From: Escherichia coli
Lineage (GTDB): Bacteria; Pseudomonadota; Gammaproteobacteria; Enterobacterales; Enterobacteriaceae
Assembly: GCF_024223415.1 (NCBI RefSeq)
Contig: NZ_CP100500.1
Length of the DNA: 64,000 nucleotides
Reading direction: 5' to 3' (one strand)
Shown in pieces: positions 1 through 8,806 of this stretch. Both the position numbers and the translations under genes were made by a program. Under the pieces are notes generated by a model that did no database searches, had not been told where the DNA came from, and saw only the letters and a program-made list of their open reading frames with translations. Numbering within the stretch: position 1 is the stretch's first letter; each line of letters starts with the position of its first letter.

Positions 1-496
1 AACATCAATCTATATACACTATCAGAATTTCTATCTGGAGAGAGTCTTCGAAACGGAAGGAGAAGCCCAGAAGTTTTTGATACACATAAAAGATTGCATA
101 GAAGGAAAAATAAGACCAGGGGATCAATAATGCGAAAACATTATTCACAACCATATATCCGTAACAGTGCGCCACGCAGCAATAACCGCTGGAGCCTGCG
201 CGAAACACACGCAACACCAGGCGGTCACGTTGTAAAACAAACTGGGGAACACACCTGGCTGATTGAGCAGGCTGGACTCGTGATCCACAGATGCAACCGC
301 AATCCGTTTACCGGAAACCGCATCTTTGCACTGAGCAGCGGCGACAACCAGTTCGGGCAGGGTTTCACGCTACACGAAGCCCTGCGAACTGCCGACCGCT
401 TAATCGCGGGGCGCAGCTTTCAGCACCCGGATTACTAAAGAAAAGTCGGCTTAATAAGCCCTGAGCCAGTCTTAATAAGACATGAGAGGCGATAAG

Positions 497-739
497 ATGA
501 AAAGAGCCTACAAAGAAATCGCTAACGACATACTTCAGAATTATCACCTAACCCTTGCGAGCAACGGTGTCGCCTATGATGAGCAATCGTTCCGCGCAAT
601 GCAGGGTGGGATTCTTGGGCTGTATATCGCCGCCACAGCCAGCGGCGACCTCGAAGCGCTGGCAGAATTAAAGGTTATCTATCCGAAAGAACTTGGCGAA
701 GACCTGATTAAACCCTATCTCATTGAGGAGCTAGCATGA
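497..739 (+). CDS. hypothetical prophage early-region protein (about 80 aa)
   Basis: ORF with GAGG Shine-Dalgarno 8 nt upstream of ATG at 497; no family recognised. Confidence 0.35.
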   Translation: MKRAYKEIANDILQNYHLTLASNGVAYDEQSFRAMQGGILGLYIAATASGDLEALAELKVIYPKELGEDLIKPYLIEELA

Positions 740-941
740 ATATTCTTATCTCGTGGTTAATTCTCATCCTCGCCATTATTTGCGCGGTGGGAATCATGCG
801 AATTATTAACGGCATTAAAACCATCGAATCATTATTTACTGGCGACAAGCGCCATAAATAAATAACCGGAAATTACCAGAAAGCAAGAAAACATCCGCAA
901 CGGCGGAGGGATTCCCTTACGCCTGAAATAAGGAGCAGCGA

Positions 942-1157
942 ATGAGTAAACCACTAACCAGCATTGAGCGAAAAATTGTTTTTATGAATGTGGCAGGCGT
1001 GCAGTTCGAAGTGGATAAGCAGGTCATCGTCTCCGAAACGAGATGCCCGGCAGCAGGTGAGCAATGCACCTACCTGACACTGGCAGACGGCACGCAAATA
1101 ACCGCCGTCACCGACACCATTCGCGAGCTTGTGATTATCAGAGGGGTTAAACGATGA
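942..1157 (+). CDS. hypothetical prophage early-region protein (71 aa)
   Basis: Strong AAGGAG Shine-Dalgarno before ATG; stop overlaps next ORF start (ATGA). Confidence 0.45.
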   Translation: MSKPLTSIERKIVFMNVAGVQFEVDKQVIVSETRCPAAGEQCTYLTLADGTQITAVTDTIRELVIIRGVKR

Positions 1158-1366
1158 CCAGCAAATACACCACCAACGCACGCAAGCCAGGCAAGGAGGC
1201 ACGTCATCACATTGCCGTTCTGCGCAATCTCATCATGTGCGAAATCGACGACTTTGTGGCGGGACTGGGCCAGCCGGGCGAGCCAGCAACACCGGGCGAA
1301 ATACACAAAGAACTACGCCGCCGCATAGAAAGCGCGGTGGATTACGTCATGAACCCGAACGACTGA
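1154..1366 (+). CDS. hypothetical prophage early-region protein (70 aa)
   Basis: Translationally coupled to upstream ORF; no family recognised. Confidence 0.45.
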   Translation: MTSKYTTNARKPGKEARHHIAVLRNLIMCEIDDFVAGLGQPGEPATPGEIHKELRRRIESAVDYVMNPND

Positions 1367-1406
1367 CCAGAACGCGAGCGCGCGCCGGATGACGCACGCA
1401 TAACGC

Positions 1407-1892
1407 TTAGCGGGAAGCGCCAACCGTAAGGCTGGCAATGATTTTTTCGGAGAGTGAGAGAGATTCGCGATGATTAAGACCAAGAGCAGCACAAGCTTTA
1501 TTGCGCGCCGGGTTGTCCATGCATTCAAGCACCGGAGAGTCCTGCTTCTCAATTTCCACCAGTCGCGCCAGCAACACCTCCGTGCTGAGACCGTCGCTTT
1601 CAGTAATCAGGACGTTATAGCGATGAGCCTGTTCTTTTGCAGCCTGAGCGCGTCGCCCAAATTTGCAGGCGATATTGCAGCCACTAAGCACAGCCACGAT
1701 ACCACCCAGCAACCAACTGAAATTGCTGCCTGCAAACACAGTAGCCCCAGACGTAAGGATGACAGCATTAATCACCGTATCCATACGGCGGTTAAACACC
1801 TCCGAAATATGTTCAATCCAGTAACTGTTCCAGAGACGAAACATGACCTCGTGTCGCCGTTCGGCATGATTTTCAGTTGGTTGTCTGTTCAT
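1407..1892 (-). CDS. small predicted two-transmembrane-helix membrane protein (161 aa), opposite strand to the early operon
   Basis: GGAGG Shine-Dalgarno upstream of ATG; central hydrophobic hairpin VINAVILTSGATVFAG...WLLGGIVAVLSGCNIA. Confidence 0.5.
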   Translation of the reverse strand: MNRQPTENHAERRHEVMFRLWNSYWIEHISEVFNRRMDTVINAVILTSGATVFAGSNFSWLLGGIVAVLSGCNIACKFGRRAQAAKEQAHRYNVLITESDGLSTEVLLARLVEIEKQDSPVLECMDNPARNKACAALGLNHRESLSLSEKIIASLTVGASR

Positions 1893-2135
1893 TGCGGTTT
1901 AACCCTCCTCATCATCTCGCCCCTGCCCTTTTTCAGGCGCGGGAGCCGGTTGCCGTGGCACATGAAATTTATCGCTATCAGACATTTATTTTTTCCCGTG
2001 TGTTGTTGAACAAAGTGCCCGCACAGTTTTGACGGAACGGCGGGCGCTTCAAGCGTAACACACCCTTCTTTTCCGGTTGAAGGCGAAAAAAACCGGACAG
2101 CTACCCGACACAAACCAGACCAGCGGAGAACTGCC

Positions 2136-2690
2136 ATGTACGCACTTAAACCTATGGGGATACCAGGCAAAGCCCCGGCGCATGTGAAAGCCTGGACACA
2201 GCAGGAAGATGATTTGCTGATCACCCTGTACCCGCAGCACACAGCACGAGATATCGCCGGACGTCTGGGGCGCAGCTACGAAGGAGTTTGCGGCCGCATT
2301 TCTCGTCTGCGTGAACAGGGCAGGATTGGCATCAAGCAGCAAAGACTAAGCGATGAGATGATCGCCACGCTCATCAGGAACCGCCACACCAGGTCCCTCA
2401 AGGAACTGGCACACATGGCGAAAGTTTCGACACGCACGGTAACCAACCGATTGAGGGCGCTGGGCTACAGCCTGATCAAATGCGGGGATCTGCATAAAAA
2501 CACCGTCTACAGCGACCGCATCGTTGAGATTATCAGACAGTTACACGACGAGGAGGGCCTGACGTTCAGGGAAATCGCACAGCGCCTTAGCCACGAACTA
2601 CAGCCGAACCCTACCCCGACACTGGCTCAACGTCTCTACTGGCGGCGCACAGCATCCGACGCCGTATTCCGTGAACTGTTACCAGATTGA
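2136..2690 (+). CDS. hypothetical prophage early protein (184 aa), helix-rich and basic
   Basis: ORF with GGAG Shine-Dalgarno; no family recognised. Confidence 0.5.
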   Translation: MYALKPMGIPGKAPAHVKAWTQQEDDLLITLYPQHTARDIAGRLGRSYEGVCGRISRLREQGRIGIKQQRLSDEMIATLIRNRHTRSLKELAHMAKVSTRTVTNRLRALGYSLIKCGDLHKNTVYSDRIVEIIRQLHDEEGLTFREIAQRLSHELQPNPTPTLAQRLYWRRTASDAVFRELLPD

Positions 2691-3013
2691 GCAATCACCA
2701 TGTACACACAAAAAAACCGCTTGCAACAACAAACCGGAACAGGGTACGCTTCCCATGCACCTCATAAAACGGGTGTCGGGATTCTCAACCTGCTGACAAA
2801 CGAAGCGCACAACCGCGCCAGCGGTTTTTTTGTGCGTACTGTATTGCCACGTCTTTTTCGCATCAGAATTATGGTGGGGCGTACGGGGCCGACTTCGGTC
2901 GGGCCGGTTTCTTCGTTTGCCGGTGTTGAGAACCCCGTACGTCTCGCCACCCCGAGATTCTCAACTCTGGTTGGTGAGTATCCAAAAACTCACAAACGAA
3001 GAGGCCAAACACC

Positions 3014-3232
3014 ATGGCAAACCGCAAACAGCGCCGCGCTATCGCTGCGCAGCGTCACATCCAGACCGAAATCAACCGCAGACTCTTCCGCGCCCACAAC
3101 ATCGCGCGAATCATGCACGCCAACATGCTGCATGAACGCAGTAACGCGTTATCAAACCTCTATTCCGCTTCCGTTTTCAGCTATCTGGCGGACGACCTGC
3201 GCGAGCTGCAAGACCTCATTAACCAGCACTGA
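3014..3232 (+). CDS. hypothetical small basic protein (72 aa)
   Basis: ORF with Shine-Dalgarno GAAGAGG upstream. Confidence 0.35.
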   Translation: MANRKQRRAIAAQRHIQTEINRRLFRAHNIARIMHANMLHERSNALSNLYSASVFSYLADDLRELQDLINQH

Positions 3233-3304
3233 TAAACAACCCGAAGCCATCCTGCGCCCGTTCGCGGGAGGCTTCCGCACATCTGTAGTCGGGAGGATTG
3301 CGCC

Positions 3305-3673
3305 ATGATTCTGGCTGACGATTTTCTGGAGTACCTGAACAACACCGAGCGCGACCTGTACGCGCGCGTTCTCACCCGTTACGAGAAATACAAACTTTCG
3401 CTGCCAGAACATCAACTCCGCGAAGGCGATATCGACATTGAAGGGCGCTACATCGTCAGGCACCTCATAGCGGGCTACGGCATCTGGCGTGTCACCGGAC
3501 GTGAGCATTCATTGCTGACCATCTGCCAGAGTCCGTCCGGCGTGATAACGGAGATCGTCGCTGATAGTCTGCGACTCACCCATCACAGCGCCACCCCGGA
3601 AGAAACGCTGGCAGAAACCCAGCGTCTGTGTCGCGTCATTGCCAACGCCGCCCTCCGCGCAGACAGGAGGTAA
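3305..3673 (+). CDS. hypothetical prophage early protein (122 aa) immediately upstream of replication gene
   Basis: GGGAGG Shine-Dalgarno; ends 3 nt before gene A start. Confidence 0.5.
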   Translation: MILADDFLEYLNNTERDLYARVLTRYEKYKLSLPEHQLREGDIDIEGRYIVRHLIAGYGIWRVTGREHSLLTICQSPSGVITEIVADSLRLTHHSATPEETLAETQRLCRVIANAALRADRR

Positions 3674-3676
3674 GCG

Positions 3677-6166
3677 ATGGAGTTCGTCAGAGACTGGCAA
3701 AAACCGCGCCCCGCTATCGGGCGCGAAGGCTTACCCGTACCTGAAACCGCACTGGATACCATCCTGAAGTGTTACCGCGCGGACGAAGAGCGCGCCCTGA
3801 ACGCTGAAGAGCAGGGTCATCCGCTTGCGGGCACAACCATCGGTAACGCGATCGACAAGTGGGAAGGCGCACAGGAGCGCCAGGAAGAGGCCATCACGCT
3901 CACACAGGAAGCGAAGAGACGCCCACCCACCCTCATTGAGGAAACCCTCAAAGAGCTGGACACCCTGCCAAAGTGGTTGAGGCTGCCACTGATTAAGCAC
4001 CTGAACTTCTTAAGGCGCAAACAGGAGGACGAACAGCAGAAAGGCAAACGCGGCAAGGACACCCGCAAATACGAGCGCTTCGTACAGAACGGGATCCCCG
4101 CACGTCTTTGCCGTATTCGTGAGATTAACGATCGCTTTGCACCGTTGAGTTTTCAGGCCGCTGCCATGCGCGAGAGTCTGGAAGAGTTAATCACACTGCC
4201 GAACCTGAGCCGTGAACGCATCCAGAAAATAGCCGTACTGCTTGCCAGCGCCGTTAAAATGCATCTTGCCGACGCAATGGACAAGGCCCGCGAAATAACA
4301 GGGAACGACAAAGACGACAACCTGAACAACTGGCTGATTGCCTACCAGTATATTGGTCGCCGTGTCCTGAAGCTGGGGATCACCCCACCATACTGGAGCG
4401 CCCTTGAACTCCGTCCCGACCGCAGAAGCCCCCCGGACCTGACACTGGTACCGGGCGCTGTTTTGCGCCTGAACGACGCCGAATGGTGGAATAAAAAACT
4501 TCGCCAGATGCACGACGTCTGGCGTGAGGAACTTTTACGTGCAGCGGGCCTTGTATCCCGCCAGACCTCCATTTATGTGAGCCGGGAAGCACTGGCAGAC
4601 TTCCGCGAGAAACAGGCCCGTACCCGCGATTTTCTCAAAGCGCACGACGTGGAGAACGAAGACGGCGAACGCATCAGCCTGGAAGATATCTACTACACCA
4701 GTACATCCAACCCGCATAACCGCCGCAACGAGATGATGGCGTGCGTCAAGGGAATGGAGCTTATCGCACAGGAACGTGGCGACGTGGCCTTCTTCGTCAC
4801 GGTCACAGCCCCGTCTCGTTTTCACAGCGTCACCGACGCCGGTACCCTTAACCCGAAATACAAAGGCACAACAGTAAAAGACGCCAGCGACTATCTGGTT
4901 TATAACTTCTTCGCCTCCGCCCGCAAACTCATCAAAAAAGAGAAGCGGGGCTGGTACGGCATTCGCACCGTTGAGCCTCACCACGACGGCACGCCCCACT
5001 GGCACATGCTGGTATTCACAAGCCCCGAGAACGAAGCGCGCATCACGGAAATCATGTGCAATGCCGCCATCCGTGAAGACCGTGCAGAGCTGGGCGACGA
5101 CATTACCCCGCGCTTCAAGTGCGAGAAGATAGACCCCGAAAAAGGTACGCCAACCAGCTACATCGCCACCTACATCGGCAAAGGCATTGACGCCGCCGCA
5201 TTCGGCGACACGGATCCCAAAACAGGCAAACCGCCCGTTGACCACGAAAGCGGAAAACCTATGGCGGACACCGTGGAAAACGCCGTCGCCTGGGCACGCC
5301 TGCATCGCATTCGCCAGTTCCAGTTCTTTGGCCTTCCCTCACGTCAGGTGTGGCGCGAGTTCCGCCGCCTTGCCGGACAAATGGCACGCAACCCGAAGGG
5401 GCCGCAGGCACTGACCAACCCCAAAGCCGACGCTCTGCTGGCCGCCGCCGACGTGGGGTGTTTTGCCAGCTACATTATGCATCAGGGCGGCGTGCTCATT
5501 CCCCGCAGTGAATATCTGGCCCGCACGGCCTACGTCACCGCAGAAGAGCCGAACAACTACGGCGAGTTCCCCGACCGTATTTACGGTGTACGGATGCCGG
5601 AACTGGGCGATGAGTTCACGTTATGTACCCACCCGGAAGAGTGGAAACTCGTCAGAAAAGAACCGGAATCAGACGACCGCACGGGCGAGGGTTTTGACCT
5701 TCAGGGCGACCCCGTCGCCCCTTGGACTCGTGGCAATAACTGTCACCCTGACGAAAAAACAACCAACAACAGCACACAAACCGGACAGTCAGAGTGGGCA
5801 AAACTGCCCCCCTTACCCCCATCGTCGGACGGTTTTGTGAGCTGGTTTAAGTCGCTTAAGAGGCCGGACAGGAAAAAACTACAAAGATTGCTCAAAAAAC
5901 GCACCGAAGAGAGTCGCCAGAACGCCAGCGGCGGCACCGACACACCCACCGACACCATTAACCTGGGCGTTGTGCTGCCGGAACTGCCGGAAATCGTGCA
6001 AGTCCGCCGCGATCTGGAAGCGCTGGGCGCGGACTTCCCCGAAGCAATGGCCCATTCCGTCTTTATGGGTGCCCGCGTTCGTCTGGGTAACGGTCGCACC
6101 GTTCACCGCGACGAGCAGACCGGGCGCATCACCGTCACCAGTCTGCAACCGGAGGCGAAACCATGA
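3677..6166 (+). CDS. rolling-circle replication initiator, P2 gpA-like (829 aa)
   Basis: Large ORF with AGGAGG Shine-Dalgarno; contains the HWHMLVF histidine-hydrophobic motif typical of P2 A-type endonucleases. Confidence 0.85.
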   Translation: MEFVRDWQKPRPAIGREGLPVPETALDTILKCYRADEERALNAEEQGHPLAGTTIGNAIDKWEGAQERQEEAITLTQEAKRRPPTLIEETLKELDTLPKWLRLPLIKHLNFLRRKQEDEQQKGKRGKDTRKYERFVQNGIPARLCRIREINDRFAPLSFQAAAMRESLEELITLPNLSRERIQKIAVLLASAVKMHLADAMDKAREITGNDKDDNLNNWLIAYQYIGRRVLKLGITPPYWSALELRPDRRSPPDLTLVPGAVLRLNDAEWWNKKLRQMHDVWREELLRAAGLVSRQTSIYVSREALADFREKQARTRDFLKAHDVENEDGERISLEDIYYTSTSNPHNRRNEMMACVKGMELIAQERGDVAFFVTVTAPSRFHSVTDAGTLNPKYKGTTVKDASDYLVYNFFASARKLIKKEKRGWYGIRTVEPHHDGTPHWHMLVFTSPENEARITEIMCNAAIREDRAELGDDITPRFKCEKIDPEKGTPTSYIATYIGKGIDAAAFGDTDPKTGKPPVDHESGKPMADTVENAVAWARLHRIRQFQFFGLPSRQVWREFRRLAGQMARNPKGPQALTNPKADALLAAADVGCFASYIMHQGGVLIPRSEYLARTAYVTAEEPNNYGEFPDRIYGVRMPELGDEFTLCTHPEEWKLVRKEPESDDRTGEGFDLQGDPVAPWTRGNNCHPDEKTTNNSTQTGQSEWAKLPPLPPSSDGFVSWFKSLKRPDRKKLQRLLKKRTEESRQNASGGTDTPTDTINLGVVLPELPEIVQVRRDLEALGADFPEAMAHSVFMGARVRLGNGRTVHRDEQTGRITVTSLQPEAKP

Positions 6167-6573
6167 ACCGTTATCATTGTGTACTGCCGCGCCACTACTT
6201 CGGTCAGATTATGCGCTCGCGTATTCCGGCGGTCACGCTGCGAAACCTGAGCACGGTACCGCAGCCGGGCGATGAGCTGGAAATCGCCGTAGCAGGCCCT
6301 GACCGTTCAGCCAGCTGCGTGACCGCCGACGTGCTGAACGCCGTGCCCGTAGGTGGTGACTGGCTGGTTGCCATCCGCTTCCGCCAAGACCCGTTCGCAC
6401 CTGAACCGCTCACCCCCGCAGGCCGCATCATGCAGAACTGGCGGGATGAAGGCGCGAAGGCGAACTGCGAAAAACTGATTAACAGGATTGCCACGACAAA
6501 CCGACATGCCGCGCTGGCGCGCCGGATATACCCCGCAAAACCGACACAACCAACAGGAGTAAAACGCCCATGA
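6163..6573 (+). CDS. hypothetical protein coupled to gene A (136 aa)
   Basis: Start ATG overlaps the gene A stop (ATGA); last gene before the cargo island. Confidence 0.5.
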   Translation: MNRYHCVLPRHYFGQIMRSRIPAVTLRNLSTVPQPGDELEIAVAGPDRSASCVTADVLNAVPVGGDWLVAIRFRQDPFAPEPLTPAGRIMQNWRDEGAKANCEKLINRIATTNRHAALARRIYPAKPTQPTGVKRP

Positions 6574-6709
6574 AAAGAATCGCCGGAACCCACAGAGACA
6601 CAAAAAGACACCAAAAGCAGCAAAGACACATTGAATAAACGAAAACTGGTGATATGATTTGTTCAAAGATGTTATGATTTATTCATAAGTAACCTTTCAG
6701 GCTTAAGTT

Positions 6710-7084
6710 ATGAATAAACAGGATTTTGGACTTGATACCCTTTTGAGTATGCATGGTTACCAGCATCACATGGATAACGGGTACTGGTGGAAAATTAAGG
6801 CTTACCGGGTAAGTCCAAGTCCGTTCAGACCTCACGGGATACGCTACAATCTGACGTTACATGACCGCTACAATTCGCGTGTGTTTGGTATGGACAACGC
6901 ACATGGAATAAAACCGCCAAAGAAGGGAAGATTTACAGGAAAGTTAACTGTTTATGATCATGTGCACCGTACCCCGGTGGATAAAGGTTATCCCTATGAG
7001 TTTGTATCCGCAGAACAATTGTTATCTGATTTCTTTGATAACGTTGATCGGCTCATTAACGAAGTTACAAAGGGGAAAGCATGA
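6710..7084 (+). CDS. uncharacterised His-rich small protein (124 aa), first gene of cargo operon
   Basis: ORF follows an AT-rich promoter-like region with direct repeats (6640-6705); stop overlaps downstream start; no recognisable family. Confidence 0.6.
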   Translation: MNKQDFGLDTLLSMHGYQHHMDNGYWWKIKAYRVSPSPFRPHGIRYNLTLHDRYNSRVFGMDNAHGIKPPKKGRFTGKLTVYDHVHRTPVDKGYPYEFVSAEQLLSDFFDNVDRLINEVTKGKA

Positions 7085-7467
7085 AAGCCCGCATCGGGAT
7101 CATCCCGGAAAAAGTCCTGCGTCAGCGCCTGATTGAAATTGCCAAGGGGGAGCGGAAACCACACCCCGACGAGCCAAGGGTATGGTTTTCATCCATCAAT
7201 GCGGCGGGTCAGGCGCTGAGCAATGAAAATATCTCCCTTCTTCGTCTTATGGATGAGGAGAAACCGCAGACCATGACCGAACTTGCGGAGTTATCCGGCA
7301 GAAAACTGAGTAACCTGTCTGTAACCCTGAAAATGCTGAGCAGCTACGGTTTTGTCAGTCTGGAAAAGAAAGGAAATACCGTACACCCGAAGGCACTTTT
7401 TACCGATTTTGAAATCATCGTTGATCCGTCCGTCGGTTCAGTACATCGCGCCACCGCCCGCCCCTGA
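7081..7467 (+). CDS. uncharacterised protein with predicted winged helix-turn-helix (128 aa), second gene of cargo operon
   Basis: ATGA overlap with upstream ORF; segment TMTELAELSGRKLSNLSVTLKMLSSYGFVSLEK resembles MarR/ArsR-type wHTH; followed by hairpin terminator. Confidence 0.6.
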   Translation: MKARIGIIPEKVLRQRLIEIAKGERKPHPDEPRVWFSSINAAGQALSNENISLLRLMDEEKPQTMTELAELSGRKLSNLSVTLKMLSSYGFVSLEKKGNTVHPKALFTDFEIIVDPSVGSVHRATARP

Positions 7468-7480
7468 AGTGTGCAATAAA

Positions 7481-7505
7481 CAGCCCCGGTCGGGGCTGTT
7501 TTTTA
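7481..7505. terminator. bidirectional intrinsic terminator between convergent cargo operons
   Basis: GC hairpin CAGCCCCGGTCGGGGCTG flanked by T-run on the + strand and A/T-run on the - strand. Confidence 0.6.
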
Positions 7506-7877
7506 TTCCAGAATCAGCTGTTCAGGTGTGCAGCCGTACAGTCTGGCAAGGCGCTCAATATTTGCCCTGCGCGGGCGTTCTGTTCTTTCGAATTCGGACA
7601 CGGTAGCCTGCCTGATACCCAGCGCATCCGCCACCTGCTTTTGCGTCATTCCGCGATAGATTCGCCACGCCGCCTGCATGGTGCAGCCACGTTCCGAGAG
7701 GATGTTGACCACCTCGTTGGGATACAGCGTATCAGGCGATGCACTCGGTTCGTTCTGGACGTCCTCGTAGAGTTCGTCAAGGTCGCTGTCTCCTGCCAGT
7801 TTTTCAAACAACGCCACTGGCAGAATGACGGATACCCTGTTACCCGCACCGTCAGTAATAAACTGAATCTGACTCAT
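7503..7877 (-). CDS. XRE-family HTH protein, HigA-like antitoxin candidate (124 aa)
   Basis: AGGAGG Shine-Dalgarno 6 nt upstream; C-terminal HTH MTQKQVADALGIRQATVSEFE; downstream of a RelE/ParE-like ORF. Confidence 0.65.
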   Translation of the reverse strand: MSQIQFITDGAGNRVSVILPVALFEKLAGDSDLDELYEDVQNEPSASPDTLYPNEVVNILSERGCTMQAAWRIYRGMTQKQVADALGIRQATVSEFERTERPRRANIERLARLYGCTPEQLILE

Positions 7878-7950
7878 TTGCCCCTCCTGCTAAACATCGG
7901 TTTATTTTTTAATTTGCTGCCGGTGATAAAAAACGGCGGGTCGCCCCGCC

Positions 7951-8223
7951 TTAGTATGTTGTCGAGGTTCTCCGCTGAATACGGAGGATCCTGATAACCA
8001 CTATCTGCCCTCCCTCAATCGTGAACCTGACACGGTAATGATTTACCCTGAGTCTGTACTCCCCGCCCGAGTCAGTGAGCTTTTTAATATCCAGATTCTG
8101 GAACTTCGGATAGCCATAAAGCGCGTTAACTTTCTCGCGTAAGGATTTCTGATCCCTCGCTGGCAAAACCCGTAAATCTTTGATTGCCCGAGGGGTCCAC
8201 ATGATTTCAGTCGTCATAAACAC
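7951..8223 (-). CDS. RelE/ParE-superfamily toxin-like protein (about 83-90 aa; start at 8223, 8217 or 8202)
   Basis: C-terminal EYRLRVNHYRVRFTIEGGQIVVIRILRIQRR matches the RelE/ParE pattern; toxin-first (HigB/HigA-like) order. Confidence 0.6.
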   Translation of the reverse strand: MFMTTEIMWTPRAIKDLRVLPARDQKSLREKVNALYGYPKFQNLDIKKLTDSGGEYRLRVNHYRVRFTIEGGQIVVIRILRIQRRTSTTY

Positions 8224-8268
8224 ACCGGAAGCAAATTATTAAAGAGCCGTGCCCGCTGGCACACCTTA

Positions 8269-8297
8269 AATATAGGTTTTAACCCCTATATTGTCAA
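8269..8297 (-). promoter_or_regulatory. sigma70 promoter (TTGACA-N17-TATATT) with overlapping inverted repeat, upstream of the toxin/HTH pair
   Basis: Near-consensus -35/-10 on the minus strand; ATATAGG/CCTATAT inverted repeats overlap the promoter, consistent with an autoregulatory operator. Confidence 0.5.
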
Positions 8298-8806
8298 ACA
8301 AAATCCCTATATCATGAAGTAAAAAAGCACCTCCCGCGACCTCCCTTTCCGGTGCACGAAAGTGCACAAATTTGCACAATTTTTTTGAACGACTTTTTGC
8401 CCTTCCGGCCCGTGTGGCGTCTGGATCCGTCGGGGATCCGTGCGTGCACGAAAAAAGGCCTTTTTCTGCGCGCAGGTGACGGGGGAACAGCCCGCGTTTC
8501 AGGGGGTAAATAGCATTCCCTGAACGATGTTGCAGTGACACAACAGAATGGCTGTATTTCTCACGCTGAGCGTGAAAAAGACGTAAGGGCTTTTGATTTG
8601 ATGGGGTGAAAGATAAGGCCGTCAAAATCGCACTGAGGCAGCGAGAATATGTCGTCAGAGTTGCGGGGTTGCGTAAGCATCCGCCCGGCGATGATGGCTA
8701 CAGGGCTGGAGATGTTGTGAAATTATCTGAAGGAATAACCAGCTTGCAGGAGAACCCGGGCAAAGTCAGAATAGCGGCAGGCATCAACTCAAAAGAGGAT
8801 AATGTC

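Noticed and set aside
94-438. Possible integrase C-terminal fragment at the window edge
   Set aside because: No tyrosine-recombinase catalytic motifs (R...HxxR...Y) recognisable; more likely an ordinary early-region ORF or partly spurious.
4535-5305. 256-aa minus-strand ORF
   Set aside because: Antisense inside replication gene A; no start context.
8300-8600. Possible retron msr/msd-like structured RNA
   Set aside because: No reverse transcriptase gene anywhere nearby; the repeats are better explained as cos/packaging or regulatory structure.
8266-8625. 119-aa minus-strand ORF in the 8.3-8.8 kb leader
   Set aside because: No Shine-Dalgarno, overlaps the toxin promoter/operator and hairpin-rich DNA; more likely noncoding.
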